A stretch of DNA of 64,000 nucleotides from Ignavibacteriales bacterium (GTDB lineage Bacteria > Bacteroidota > Ignavibacteria > UBA10030): contig JAPLFQ010000032.1 in NCBI GenBank assembly GCA_026390595.1, forward strand, positions 28,215 to 92,214, read 5' to 3'. Positions within the stretch are counted from its first letter, which is position 1. Every line of letters begins with the position of its first letter. Made by a program: the position numbers and the translations under genes. Under the pieces are notes generated by a model, which saw nothing but the letters and a program-made list of their open reading frames with translations, did not search any database and was not told the DNA's origin. This document shows, piece by piece, positions 1 through 10,476 of the stretch.

Positions 1-913
1 CGGCGACGATCTCGCTCGCGCTCGCCGAGTAGTTCCCCAGCAAGACGATAAGCGGCAGATTTTCATAGGACTGACCGGTCTTTGCGAAATACACCTCATC
101 AAACTCCGAGATGCGCGCTTTTGTATAGACGATCTTGTGGGGTGTCTCTTTGGTTCCGCCATCCAGGAAGAGATCTGCCATCTCAAATGCCTGTTCGAGC
201 AATCCGCCGGGATTCGAACGAAGATCCAGAATCAACCGCTTCATGCCCTGGGTTTTCAGCCGCTTGAGCGCCTGCTCCATCTCTGCGGCTGTCTGTTCGC
301 TGAACTTGTTGACGCTGATATAGCCTATATCGTCATTCACCATCATGGCGATGTCAACGCTGGTGATGGCTATTTCGTCGCGTATAATCTCGAAGTCAAG
401 CAGTTCCTTTGTCCCGGGCCGGTGCACTCCCACTTTCACTTTTGTCCCCTTCGGCCCCCTGAGGTGCGCCTTGACCTGATCGTTGTTCCAGCCGACAGAA
501 GAAGAATCACCGATGCGGACGATGCGGTCATTCGTTTGGATGCCGACTTTCGCGGACGGTCCGCCGCCAAATGTATCCACAACGAGAATCGAATCATTTC
601 GAATGGTGAAGGTGACCCCTATTCCATCAAACTTCCCGCGATACTCTTCCGCGACCTGCTCAAAGGCTTTCGGAGCGATATAGACCGAGTGGGGATCGAG
701 TTTGTCCAGAAGTCCTTCCACAGCAGACTCTGTGAGTTTCTTGGCATCCACCTCTTTCACGTAGTATTTCTGCGTCAGGCTGAGGACCTCGCGGAACTTG
801 TCCGCCTGATCGATCACCGAGTCGCCGGAAACCAGCTGCCTGATTTCCATTCCTGCGAAGAGGCTGACTGCCATCAATGCGACAACCGTCCAAAGTGAAA
901 TCTTACTCTTCAT
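1..913 (-). CDS. ctpA: C-terminal processing protease, S41 family (runs off the window start)
   Basis: Not in the ORF track; translated by hand from ATG at 913: signal peptide MKSKISLWTVVALMAVSLFAG, LDPHSVY, PDZ region (FDGIGV), LILDLRSNPGG and SASASEIVA catalytic Ser motif. Confidence 0.92.
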   Translation of the reverse strand, partial: MKSKISLWTVVALMAVSLFAGMEIRQLVSGDSVIDQADKFREVLSLTQKYYVKEVDAKKLTESAVEGLLDKLDPHSVYIAPKAFEQVAEEYRGKFDGIGVTFTIRNDSILVVDTFGGGPSAKVGIQTNDRIVRIGDSSSVGWNNDQVKAHLRGPKGTKVKVGVHRPGTKELLDFEIIRDEIAITSVDIAMMVNDDIGYISVNKFSEQTAAEMEQALKRLKTQGMKRLILDLRSNPGGLLEQAFEMADLFLDGGTKETPHKIVYTKARISEFDEVYFAKTGQSYENLPLIVLLGNYSASASEIVA

Positions 914-1147
914 GCTCCAATCCTTCGTCAGAAAACCTTGCAGAAACTCATCCAATTCCTATCTATCACAAAATGCTCGAAAATTGGCACAAATGCAAGA
1001 AACAAGCCGCATTGGCCCCGAATACTGATCGGGACACCTCACTCAGGCAAAAAGGAGGGAAATTGATAATGCGGTGTGGGGATGAGGGGTGATCTCGCTT
1101 GTGGAATCGTCGACGGAGCACTCACCGAAAATCGACCGAACGGATCA

Positions 1148-2695
1148 TCACTTCTCCGGTTTCATCTGCGGGAAGAAGATGACGTCCCGGATCGAATCCT
1201 TGTTCGTCAGCAGCATCGTCAGACGGTCGATACCGATGCCGAGACCGGCCGTGGGAGGCATGCCGTACTCGAGTGAACGCAGATAGTCCTCATCGAGAAC
1301 CTGCGCCTCTTCGTCGCCGCGGGCGCGGAGCTTCATTTGTTCTTCGAAGCGGGCCCGCTGATCGATGGGATCGTTGAGTTCGGAAAACGCGTTGCAGATT
1401 TCGTGACCGTTAACAATCCCTTCAAACCGCTCCACCAACCCGGGTTCGGTCCGGTGCTTCTTCGCCAGCGGAGACATCTCGAGCGGATAATCGGTGATGA
1501 ACGTCGGCTGGATCAGGTACGGTTCGGCTTTCTGGCCGAAGATCTCATCGATGATGGCGCCGACACCCGCAGAGGGCTCAACGTCGATGTGAAGTTCCTT
1601 TGCGATCGCCCGCAGTTCCTGTTCGGTCTTGCCGCGCAGGCTCTTGCCCGTGAATTCCTGAATCGCGTCAAACATCGTGATGCGTTTCCACGGAGGCGTG
1701 AAGTTGATTTCATGGCCGGCAAGGCTCGCGATCGGCGTCCCGTTGACGGCCATCGCGACTTCGTACACCATCTGCTCGACCAGCTCCATCATCCAGCGAT
1801 AGTCCTTGTAGGCGACATAGATCTCCAGCATTGTAAACTCGGGGTTGTGCGACCTGTCCATCCCCTCGTTGCGGAAGTCTTTGGATATTTCGTACACGCC
1901 GTCATAGCCGCCGACGATCAGGCGCTTGAGATACAATTCATCTGCGATTCGCAGGTACAGGTCGATGTCGAGCGCGTTGTGATGCGATTTGAACGGCCGC
2001 GCAGAAGCCCCGCCGTAGATGGGCTGAAGCACCGGGGTTTCCACTTCCAGATATCCGCGATCGTCAAAAAACCGCCGGATGGTGCTGATGATTTTTGCCC
2101 GCTTCACGAACACCTGCCGGACATCCGGATTCACAATGAGGTCGACGTAACGCTGCCGGTAGCGGAGTTCCTTGTCTGAGAACGGGTCGTACACCACCTT
2201 GTTCCCCTGCTCGTCGACCTTTTCCTTGACAACCGGAAGCGGACGCAGCGACTTTGCCAGCAGCGTCAATTCCTGCGCATGGATCGACACCTCTCCCATC
2301 TTTGTACGGAAAACGAATCCCTTCACACCGACGAGGTCGCCGATGTCCATCAGCTTGAAAGCGTCGTACACAGAACCGAGCTCTTCCTTTTTCAGATAGA
2401 GCTGTATCTTTCCCTGCGAATCCTGTATGTGGCAGAAGGACGCCTTCCCCATGCGGCGCAGGGAGAGAATCCTCCCGGCAACCACGACGGTGCGCTGCGG
2501 TGCTTCGTCCTTGAAACTGTCGACAAGATCCTTCGAGAAGTCTGTGCGGTCAAATTCGTACGGATAGGGATTGATGCCCGCATTCTTCAGGCTCTCGAGT
2601 TCCTCACGACGGCGCAGCATCAGGATGTTCAAATCCTCATGCTCGGGAACCTGCTGCTCTGACGGTTTGTGTTTCGGATGTTGTGGGTCGTTCAT
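1148..2695 (-). CDS. lysS: Lysine--tRNA ligase, class II
   Basis: OB-fold [48 protein letters not shown]. Confidence 0.98.
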   Translation of the reverse strand: MNDPQHPKHKPSEQQVPEHEDLNILMLRRREELESLKNAGINPYPYEFDRTDFSKDLVDSFKDEAPQRTVVVAGRILSLRRMGKASFCHIQDSQGKIQLYLKKEELGSVYDAFKLMDIGDLVGVKGFVFRTKMGEVSIHAQELTLLAKSLRPLPVVKEKVDEQGNKVVYDPFSDKELRYRQRYVDLIVNPDVRQVFVKRAKIISTIRRFFDDRGYLEVETPVLQPIYGGASARPFKSHHNALDIDLYLRIADELYLKRLIVGGYDGVYEISKDFRNEGMDRSHNPEFTMLEIYVAYKDYRWMMELVEQMVYEVAMAVNGTPIASLAGHEINFTPPWKRITMFDAIQEFTGKSLRGKTEQELRAIAKELHIDVEPSAGVGAIIDEIFGQKAEPYLIQPTFITDYPLEMSPLAKKHRTEPGLVERFEGIVNGHEICNAFSELNDPIDQRARFEEQMKLRARGDEEAQVLDEDYLRSLEYGMPPTAGLGIGIDRLTMLLTNKDSIRDVIFFPQMKPEK

Positions 2696-2750
2696 ACTCT
2701 GTGACTATCGTTCTCGTGATTGAATCCTGAAAAGAGCATTCGTCCGGCAG

Positions 2751-4292
2751 CTATGGTCGCCGCCGGTTCTGAGGATACTCGGGAAGGTTGAGGCGGTCGG
2801 GCGCAACGCGACCATACAGTGCTGACATCTCGTAGACTCGCAGAGCGTGCTCAGGTCCGACCTGGTCCCATGAGAATCGCCAGTCCCAATTGCCGAGGGC
2901 CTTGCCCGGAAAGTTCATGCGGCCTTCAGTTCCGAGGCCGAGCACATCCTGGAACGGGAAGATCGCCATGTCGGCGACTGAGCTCGAAGCGAGCCGCATC
3001 AGGTCAAACTGCGCTTCATGACCATTTGCGCCGCAGTACTTCTTCACAAAAGTTTTTTCCCTCTCCGTCGCGCTTTCGTACCATCCCCGGGTGGTATCGT
3101 TGTCGTGAGTCCCGGTATAGACAACGCTGTTGTGTTCATACTGATGCGGAAGGAACGGATTGTCCGGACCTCCGGCAAAAGCGAACTGGAGCACCTTCAT
3201 CCCCGGAAACTCGAACTGGTTACGAAGCTCGATGACATCCGGCGTGATCACACCGAGATCCTCCGCAATGATCGGCAGGTTACCGAGTTTTCGCTGCACG
3301 GCCTTGAACAGTTTCTCCTTCGGCCCGGCAACCCAACGACCGCGGACAGCGGTTCTTTCAGTGGCCGGTATTTCCCAATAACCGACGAAACCACGGAAGT
3401 GATCGATGCGCGCGATGTCGACAAGGAGAAACGTGCGCCGGAAGCGTTCGACCCACCACTGGAACCGATCCTCCTCCATCTTCCCCCATCGATAGAGTGG
3501 ATTGCCCCAACGCTGGCCCGTCTCACTGAAGTAATCCGGCGGAACCCCGGCGACCACGGTGGGTTTACCCTTTTTATCAAGGAAGTAGAGCTCGGGATGA
3601 GACCAGACGTCCGCACTGTGATGTGCCACGAAGATCGGAATGTCGCCAATGATTTTGATGCCCCGATCGTTCGCGTATTTCTTTACATCTGCCCACTGCC
3701 GGTAGAACTGCCATTGGGCGAACTTCCAGAATTGAATCTCCCCCGCCAGTTCGTTGCGCGCACCTTCGAGAGATTTTGGTTTTCGCTGAGCCAGGTCTGC
3801 GTCCCATTTTGTCCATTCGACGCCGGCGTAGTGGTCCTCAATCGCCTTGAACAATGCGAAGTCTTCAAGCCATGACGAGTGTTCCTTGCAGAACGATTGG
3901 AAGTCGGCTTCTTCGGACTCGCGGTGTTGGGCAAAAAACCTGTCCGCCGCTTTGTGAAGCGCCAGCATGCGGTACGGGATAGCCTTTGTGTAGTCTACGC
4001 GGTTTGACTCAAAAGCGGGAACCGGAAGGAGATCTTCCTGCTTCAGCCATCCTTTAGCCAGAAGTGCCTCAAATCCAATCAAAAGAGGATTTCCGGCGAA
4101 TGCTGAAAGTGCCATGTACGGAGAATTTCCATAGCCCGTCGGTTCGAGCGGCAGAATCTGCCAGACCTTCTGGCCGGCCACGACGAGCCACTCGATGAAG
4201 TGTCTCGAGACTTCGCCCAGGTCTCCGCAGCCATAGGGACCGGGGAGCGACGTCGGGTGAAGGAGAATTCCACTGCTTCGGGAAAACCTCAT
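2751..4292 (-). CDS. malQ: 4-alpha-glucanotransferase (GH77)
   Basis: SGILLHPTSLPG, RIDHFRG, IIAEDLG, YTGTHDNDT motifs. Confidence 0.97.
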   Translation of the reverse strand: MRFSRSSGILLHPTSLPGPYGCGDLGEVSRHFIEWLVVAGQKVWQILPLEPTGYGNSPYMALSAFAGNPLLIGFEALLAKGWLKQEDLLPVPAFESNRVDYTKAIPYRMLALHKAADRFFAQHRESEEADFQSFCKEHSSWLEDFALFKAIEDHYAGVEWTKWDADLAQRKPKSLEGARNELAGEIQFWKFAQWQFYRQWADVKKYANDRGIKIIGDIPIFVAHHSADVWSHPELYFLDKKGKPTVVAGVPPDYFSETGQRWGNPLYRWGKMEEDRFQWWVERFRRTFLLVDIARIDHFRGFVGYWEIPATERTAVRGRWVAGPKEKLFKAVQRKLGNLPIIAEDLGVITPDVIELRNQFEFPGMKVLQFAFAGGPDNPFLPHQYEHNSVVYTGTHDNDTTRGWYESATEREKTFVKKYCGANGHEAQFDLMRLASSSVADMAIFPFQDVLGLGTEGRMNFPGKALGNWDWRFSWDQVGPEHALRVYEMSALYGRVAPDRLNLPEYPQNRRRP

Positions 4293-4295
4293 AGG

Positions 4296-5057
4296 CTACT
4301 CTTCCAATCCCGCTTGTTCTTTCAGATGTCTGACTTCCTTCCGTGTGAGAGCTCTCCAGCGTCCGCGGGCAAGACCTTGCGTCGTAAGACCTGCGAACGA
4401 TACGCGTTCGAGAGCATCCACTTCATAGCCGAGTGTCTCGACCATCCTGCGCACTTCCCTGTTTCGTCCCTCCGTCAACGCTATGAAAATCTCCTTGCGC
4501 TTCGTTCCCGGGATCACTCCTGCCTCATGCGGCTTCGCAATTCCATCCTCCAAACGCACACCGCGTTTTAGCCGGCTGAAATCTTCGTCGGCGATCCCCC
4601 GCTCGAGCTTCACCCGATACACGCGCTCGATTTTGCCCTTCGGGTGTATAAGGGAGTTGGCCAATTCTCCATCATTCGTGAGGAGAAGTACACCCGTGGT
4701 GTTCCTATCCAATCTCCCAACCGGATAAATCCGATCGCGCATTTTCACATAGTCCATCACTGTCACACGCCCGCGCTCGTCGCTGGTGGTCGTGATACAG
4801 TCTTTGGGCTTATTGAGAAGCAGGTAGTGAATCTTCCGCTGGAGGGCTACGATTTGACCCTGGAGGGTCACACGGTCGGAAAACGGGTCGACTTTGACTC
4901 CAAGCTCGCGAACGATTTTGCCATTAACCTTGACGACTCCGGAGAGAATCAGTTCATCATTCTTTCGGCGTGAGCCTACCCCCGCGAGAGCGAGAAACCT
5001 GTTTAACCGAATAGCTTTTTGATGAACCCTTGAATCTTCTCTTTCCACGACTTCCAC
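4296..5057 (-). CDS. rluB: rRNA pseudouridine synthase, RsuA/RluB family; start uncertain (GTG 5057 or 5048), overlaps the scpB 3' end
   Basis: S4 domain RLNRFLA..GVGSRR, PVGRLD, EGRNREVRRM; position after scpB. Confidence 0.9.
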   Translation of the reverse strand: MEVVEREDSRVHQKAIRLNRFLALAGVGSRRKNDELILSGVVKVNGKIVRELGVKVDPFSDRVTLQGQIVALQRKIHYLLLNKPKDCITTTSDERGRVTVMDYVKMRDRIYPVGRLDRNTTGVLLLTNDGELANSLIHPKGKIERVYRVKLERGIADEDFSRLKRGVRLEDGIAKPHEAGVIPGTKRKEIFIALTEGRNREVRRMVETLGYEVDALERVSFAGLTTQGLARGRWRALTRKEVRHLKEQAGLEE

Positions 5058-6508
5058 CGGGTCTTAGGTTGGGAACCATTGTGAGCATCAGGCTCGTCCG
5101 CATGCGCCATTTCAGACTCCGTGTACCAAACAACCTCAGTGTGGTCCGCACTTGTTGGGGGAACGGCTTGCGGTGTGAATTCGGTTATATCCTTGACAGT
5201 TTCGCCCGCGCTGGCTGTATCGTCTTTCTGCGTCGGAATCACATCCTTCACAGCAACATCAGCCGGCAGAACAGTTTCCGTATCAATCTCCTGGACAGTA
5301 TCGGCGGCCGTTGCTTCATCAGCCGATTCCTCCTCAATCACAAGCGGATTCTCTTCTTCCGCGGGCAGTTCTAAGACTTTCGGCGCTAATTCCAGATGGT
5401 CTTCCACGACAGGCGAGGCCTTCTCTTCACTTACGACTTCTTCGGGCCCAACCAATGGTTCGGTCGAATCCGACTGCGTGAGGCCTATGTATCTGGATTG
5501 CTCTGCGCTAAGGAGGACATCGCTGGAATCCACTTCAGGTTCTGATGGCTGACTTTGAATCGTCAACTCATTGTCAACTGTGGGAACGGCGCCCGACTCA
5601 CTCGGTGCCAGCTCATCAGATACAACCACAGGCTGATCTTCAAGCATGGAGGCAGAAACCGTTTCAGGAGAGACGTTTACCGACTGCTCCTCCTTTGCCG
5701 CTTCAGGTGTCACGGCACCTGCCTCGTCAGCCAAGCGCACCTTGATTTCCCGCGTCCGCTTCCTCGGCAGGATCTTGACATCGTCATCCAACCCGGCTTT
5801 TCGCTTCGGGATATGAGGCAAGCGGGATTTGAAGTCCTCTTCCTGCTTCACCTCTTCCATTCCCTGCTGTGCTTCCAGCATACGCCGCTCGGTCTCAAAC
5901 TGACTGTCTCCGAGGATCTCCTGGATTTCGCGAGGCTTCGGGAGGTCATTCAGATCATTCAAACCGAAATGCCTCAGAAACTCTCTTGAGGTGCCGTAGA
6001 GTAACGGCCTTCCAACTGTCGGGGCACGTCCAACGATGGTCGCGAGGTCCTTTTCCAGCAGCGTGCTGAGCACGTAGTCGCAATTGACACCGCGAATTGC
6101 CTCCAGTTCGGGTTTTGTAATCGGCTGCTTGTACGCGATAATGGCGAGCGTTTCCACCGACGACTGGGACAGTTTCCGTCGGGTCTGCTCTTTGTAAAGC
6201 TTGCCAAGCCACTCCGCATAGGCCGGCAGCGTGGCAAACTGGTAGCCGCCAGCAATCTGGATGACCCGAAAAGGCTTATCAGATGACGTATACTCGGCAT
6301 TCAACTCTTCAACGACCTGCGCGATCTCGTCGTATGAAATCTTGCGCGGCTCGGCCCCTTCGGTACCCTGGTCTTCGTACAGCGCTTGTATCTGGCGAAC
6401 GGTCAAAGGTTCGCGTGCTCCGAAAATCAGCGCCTCCACAAGGCTCCTCACTGAGGTCGGCACTTGCAGCATTGCTCCTGGTTGGGTTGTCGTGATTGTC
6501 TCAGCCAT
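5003..6508 (-). CDS. scpB: SMC-ScpAB subunit ScpB with a roughly 300 aa acidic C-terminal extension
   Basis: VEALIF, ETLAIIAYKQPIT, IRGVN, GRPLLYGT..FL..FGL..L.DLP; follows scpA. Confidence 0.95.
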   Translation of the reverse strand: MAETITTTQPGAMLQVPTSVRSLVEALIFGAREPLTVRQIQALYEDQGTEGAEPRKISYDEIAQVVEELNAEYTSSDKPFRVIQIAGGYQFATLPAYAEWLGKLYKEQTRRKLSQSSVETLAIIAYKQPITKPELEAIRGVNCDYVLSTLLEKDLATIVGRAPTVGRPLLYGTSREFLRHFGLNDLNDLPKPREIQEILGDSQFETERRMLEAQQGMEEVKQEEDFKSRLPHIPKRKAGLDDDVKILPRKRTREIKVRLADEAGAVTPEAAKEEQSVNVSPETVSASMLEDQPVVVSDELAPSESGAVPTVDNELTIQSQPSEPEVDSSDVLLSAEQSRYIGLTQSDSTEPLVGPEEVVSEEKASPVVEDHLELAPKVLELPAEEENPLVIEEESADEATAADTVQEIDTETVLPADVAVKDVIPTQKDDTASAGETVKDITEFTPQAVPPTSADHTEVVWYTESEMAHADEPDAHNGSQPKTRWKSWKEKIQGFIKKLFG

Positions 6509-6514
6509 CGGGGT

Positions 6515-7243
6515 TTACGCCACATTCCTCATGATAGATACCTCGCCAAACGGCTCCGCCTGGCGCACCACTATTCTGTTCGATCGAATCAGTTCGAGCA
6601 ACGCGATAAACGTGACGACGACACGGATCCGCTCTACCATGTCCTTCACCAACTCGTAGAACGTAGCCTCCGAGCGCCTGGAGAAGTAGTCGTTGATATA
6701 GTCGATTTGTTCCTCGAGCGTCACATTGAGCCGGACAATTTCATGAACGAACTTCTTCGGCATGCGCTCGATTGCGAACTTGAAAGATGAAATCAAATCA
6801 AAGAGCGAAACGTCCCTGAGCGACTCGTCCTCTTCCTGCTGGGTGGTAACCCTCGGGTCGGCCTCGTAGTATCCGCGATAGAACACCTTCCGCTGGGCTG
6901 CTTCCTGAACCACCATGCCGACGGCTACCTCCTTGAAGCGTTTGTACTCGACGAGGCGTTTCACCAGGTTCGCCCGCGGATCCTGTTCCTCTTCCTGCCC
7001 AGGTTCGGGCGGGAGAAGCGTCTTCACTTTTATCTGCATCAACTCAGCCGCCATGACAAGAAACTCTCCTGCAATTTCCAGATCGAGCGCTTCCATGTAA
7101 TGGACGTAGTCCAGAAACTCTTTCGTAATTCTCGAGATCGGGATGTTGTAGATATCGAGCTCGTCCCGTTTGATGAAAAACAGGAGGAGATCCAACGGCC
7201 CTTCGAACTCGTGAAGCTTTATAGTATATGTTTGATCTGGCAT
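6515..7243 (-). CDS. scpA: Kleisin ScpA
   Basis: FEGPLDLLL, FLVMAAEL, VVTFIALLEL; start placed at ATG 7243. Confidence 0.95.
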   Translation of the reverse strand: MPDQTYTIKLHEFEGPLDLLLFFIKRDELDIYNIPISRITKEFLDYVHYMEALDLEIAGEFLVMAAELMQIKVKTLLPPEPGQEEEQDPRANLVKRLVEYKRFKEVAVGMVVQEAAQRKVFYRGYYEADPRVTTQQEEDESLRDVSLFDLISSFKFAIERMPKKFVHEIVRLNVTLEEQIDYINDYFSRRSEATFYELVKDMVERIRVVVTFIALLELIRSNRIVVRQAEPFGEVSIMRNVA

Positions 7244-7275
7244 CTTGGTTTGGCTGTCACGACAGAAGTCGCGGC

Positions 7276-8280
7276 TCACCCCATCTTCATCGCTTCATGC
7301 ACTTCGCTCATCGTCTGATGCGCGATGGTTCTGGCCTTCTCTTCCCCATCGCTCAGGATCGACTTGACCTCGTCGAGATGATTTTCGTAGTACAAACGTT
7401 TCTCTCGATGAGGTCCGAGCGCGTCCACTATCCTGCCGGCACATCGCAACTTGCAGTCAACGCATCCCAATGCCCCACTCTCACATCCTGACCGGATTTC
7501 CGCTGTTTCTTCCGGATTGAACTTGTTATGGTACGCAAATACGAGACAGACATCCGGATGTCCGGGATCCCCCTTCCGCAACTTCTGGGGATCTGTCACG
7601 GCCCCTTTCAGTTTCTTCTTGATCACGTCGGGCTGATCAGAAAGGAGCACGGTATTGCCGATCGATTTGCTCATGCGACGTCCGTCCAAACCTGGAAGCC
7701 GCGCAAATCTTGTAAGCTTCCCCTCCGGCTCGGGGAACACCGGTTTCGCCGCCGCGTACTGTGCGTTGAACCGGCGGGCGATCTCCCGCGTAATTTCGAT
7801 ATGAGGAAGCTGGTCCTCACCAACGGGAACGACATCGCCTTTGTACAGAAGAATATCAGCTGCCTGCAGCACGGGATATCCCAAATGGCCATACACGATT
7901 GTGTCCATTTCCAGGTCACGAACCTGCTCTTTGAGCGTGGGATTCCGCTCGAGCCTGGAAGTGGTAATCAGCATCGAAAAAATCAGATGCAGCTCTGCAT
8001 GTTCCTTTACCCGTGATTGCCTGAACATCGGGCTCACTGCCGGATCGAGCCCGGCAGATAACCAGTCGACGAGCATATCCACCGAGTTTTCGTAGATCTC
8101 GGATGAATCAGGATTCGTCGTAAGAGCGTGATAATCCGCTATCAGATGATAGTTCTGGTATTCACCCTGAAGCGAAACCCAGTTTTCCAATGCGCCGACA
8201 AGATGGCCAAGATGCAACTTCCCCGTTGGGCGCATACCGCTCAGGATGACTTTCTTTCTTTGGCTCAACGCTCGCTGCAA
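7276..8280 (-). CDS. trpS: Tryptophan--tRNA ligase
   Basis: SGMRPTGKLHLGH, YPVLQAADIL, VPVGEDQ, MSKS. Confidence 0.97.
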   Translation of the reverse strand: MQRALSQRKKVILSGMRPTGKLHLGHLVGALENWVSLQGEYQNYHLIADYHALTTNPDSSEIYENSVDMLVDWLSAGLDPAVSPMFRQSRVKEHAELHLIFSMLITTSRLERNPTLKEQVRDLEMDTIVYGHLGYPVLQAADILLYKGDVVPVGEDQLPHIEITREIARRFNAQYAAAKPVFPEPEGKLTRFARLPGLDGRRMSKSIGNTVLLSDQPDVIKKKLKGAVTDPQKLRKGDPGHPDVCLVFAYHNKFNPEETAEIRSGCESGALGCVDCKLRCAGRIVDALGPHREKRLYYENHLDEVKSILSDGEEKARTIAHQTMSEVHEAMKMG

Positions 8281-8332
8281 TCTCCTTTCGCCACTCGTAT
8301 TCTAACGACACATCGCCAGATTCTCTAAGCAC

Positions 8333-8824
8333 TCAATTCATGAAGAGATACGGTTTCCAGCCATCGTCCACACTTCCCACAAAATCACGAATAAACATAA
8401 CGTGATTTGGACGGATCGGCCTCCTTTTCAAAGACATCATCACTTCACCCGGCAGCCGATCCCCCTTCTTGTTGTTGCATCGCACGCATGCAGCGACAAG
8501 ATTCTCCCACGTATCCTCGCCCCCTCTCGCCCTTGGAATTACGTGATCCACAGTCAACGGCACATCACCGCGCCCGCAATACTGACATCGGTGTCCATCG
8601 CGGCGCAGAATATTTTTTCGAGAAAGTACAATCTTCTTGAAGGGGATACGAACGTAGATAGAGAGGCGAACGATGCTCGGGAACGGCATCGTCATCGAAA
8701 CGGCATGAAGGGACCTACCATCAGAAGCTTCGATCAACTCAGCTTTCCCAAGAAACAGAAGGATAACAGCCTTTTTTACGTTGCAGACGCTCAACGGCTC
8801 GTAATTGTGATTCAAAACGAGCAC
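8333..8824 (-). CDS. HNH endonuclease (McrA-like); start may lie upstream
   Basis: VLVLN..YEP, RDGHRCQYCG, TVDHVIPR..GG..WENLV.AC..CN..KG. Confidence 0.93.
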   Translation of the reverse strand: MLVLNHNYEPLSVCNVKKAVILLFLGKAELIEASDGRSLHAVSMTMPFPSIVRLSIYVRIPFKKIVLSRKNILRRDGHRCQYCGRGDVPLTVDHVIPRARGGEDTWENLVAACVRCNNKKGDRLPGEVMMSLKRRPIRPNHVMFIRDFVGSVDDGWKPYLFMN

Positions 8825-8955
8825 CTTGCGGTTAAGTTTTCCGTTGGAACGTAGAACGAGTTCTACTGCGCTGAAGTCTAAAGCACCTCCTCACGTCTAC
8901 AAATATGGACCTTTGGTGAACAGTTGCTTGAAGAATCAATCATTATTCCTTGCAA

Positions 8956-8984
8956 AATATAGCATAATCGAAAATGATAGTCAA
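8956..8984 (-). promoter_or_regulatory. sigma70-type promoter upstream of HNH-trpS-scpAB-rluB
   Basis: TTGACT-17 nt-TATATT with extended -10 TG. Confidence 0.7.
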
Positions 8985-9142
8985 GGATTGAAATCGCGAG
9001 GAATTGAAGGAAAAGTCTGAATCCGAGGGAGTTTTGAACTTATCGGCCGGGAAGATGAGGTGCTTTCCGAGGAGGAAATGCTCACCCCTTCATGCATGGG
9101 TCGTGGTATCAGTGAAGCAGAGTCTGACGGGCAAAAAGCGGG

Positions 9143-10318
9143 TCACTTTGGCTTTCTAAATCGGGTCTTCATCTCCCGGATCGAATCTCCGCCAAATTTC
9201 TCAAGAAATGCGTTCGCGAGAACAGGCGCGATGACCGCTTCGCCGATCACCGAACAGGCCGGAACAGCGCAGACGTCCGATCGCTCATAGCGTGCGCCGA
9301 CAGTCTTCATCTTCCTCAGATCAACGGATTGCAGCGGGTTGGCAAGTGTCGAAATCGGCTTCATGGCTGCATGGAGGACAATCATCTCGCCATTCGTGAT
9401 TCCTCCCTCCAGTCCGCCGGCTTTGTTCGAAGACCGAATGACCTTCCCGCCCCTGAGATCGAATCCATCGTGCACCTTAGACCCAAACTCGGCAGCATTC
9501 GCGAATCCAGCCCCTATCTCAACACCCTTGACGGCGTGTACCGACATGAGCGCTTGAGCGAGCAACCCATCCAGCTTCCGGTCATAATGCACGTAGCTCC
9601 CCAACCCGATGGGAGATCCAGTCACAATAACCTCAAACACCCCTCCGAGCGTATCGCCGAGCTTCTTCGCCCGTTTGATCAGAGCGATTGCCTTTTTCGA
9701 AAGAGAGTCATCGAGTATTCGGACTTCAGACTTGTCGGCTTCCTCTGTAATCTTGTACGAGCCGCACGAGGCAGTTATGAGCTTTCCGAAAATCCTGTCG
9801 ATGACTTTCCGATCAGTGACTCTCACCTGGCCGATTGAGATGACATGGCTCCCGATGAAAATCCCAAAGTCCTCCAGCAACTTGCGTGCGATAGTGCAGC
9901 ACGCGACACGCATTGCAGTCTCACGCGCACTTCCACGTTCAATAGTATTCCGGATGTCGTCGAAGGCGTATTTCTGAGCGCCAGCAAAATCCACGTGACC
10001 TGGCCTGGGAACGGAGATTTTCTCAACGCCCTTGCCATCTCCGCCTACCGCCATTTTCTCTGTCCAGTTCTGCCAATCCTTGTTCCTGATCAACAACGAG
10101 ATCGGAGATCCAAGCGTCTTTCCAAAACGGATGCCCGAGAGAATCTCAACGGCATCCGATTCTATGCGCATCCTTCCGCCTCTTCCATACCCCTGCTGCC
10201 GGCGCCACAGTTGATGATTGATGTATTCGGCTGTCATGGGGAGCCCGGCTGGGATTCCTTCGATGACACCGACGAGTGCCTGGCCGTGCGATTCACCTGC
10301 AGTAAGGTATCGGATCAA
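9143..10318 (-). CDS. aroC: Chorismate synthase
   Basis: RYLTAGESHG, RRQQGYGRGGRM, PRPGH, SARET, GGLEGG, RSDVC; TTG start at 10318 after AAGGAG. Confidence 0.97.
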   Translation of the reverse strand: MIRYLTAGESHGQALVGVIEGIPAGLPMTAEYINHQLWRRQQGYGRGGRMRIESDAVEILSGIRFGKTLGSPISLLIRNKDWQNWTEKMAVGGDGKGVEKISVPRPGHVDFAGAQKYAFDDIRNTIERGSARETAMRVACCTIARKLLEDFGIFIGSHVISIGQVRVTDRKVIDRIFGKLITASCGSYKITEEADKSEVRILDDSLSKKAIALIKRAKKLGDTLGGVFEVIVTGSPIGLGSYVHYDRKLDGLLAQALMSVHAVKGVEIGAGFANAAEFGSKVHDGFDLRGGKVIRSSNKAGGLEGGITNGEMIVLHAAMKPISTLANPLQSVDLRKMKTVGARYERSDVCAVPACSVIGEAVIAPVLANAFLEKFGGDSIREMKTRFRKPK

Positions 10319-10476
10319 CGTGAACTCCTTTGGTTCTTGCAGTTTTTCAAGGTGCCTATAACCAATAAAGCGAAAATTGGTCCGATTATCAATCGGCCAA
10401 AAACCAAAAGGCGCAAGTTTCGCCCGCTCACTGCGGAGGAATCCTGCGCCCTTCAATATCAGCATTCGTCCAGGGT

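Noticed and set aside
137..898. 253-aa plus-strand ORF and many similar long antisense ORFs (e.g. 1337-2179, 13160-14152, 16660-17856, 46435-47379)
   Set aside because: Shadow frames opposite well-supported genes, with no recognisable motifs
984..1000. TTGGCAC as a sigma54 promoter (also TTGGCAT near 41533-41539 on the minus strand)
   Set aside because: No GC at the required -12 position in either case
8333..8824. HNH gene as a mobile element or defence system
   Set aside because: Belongs to the common stand-alone chromosomal HNH type; no flanking repeats, methylase or intron context
10319..10465. N-terminal extension of aroC
   Set aside because: The conserved AroC N-terminus and an SD point to TTG 10318
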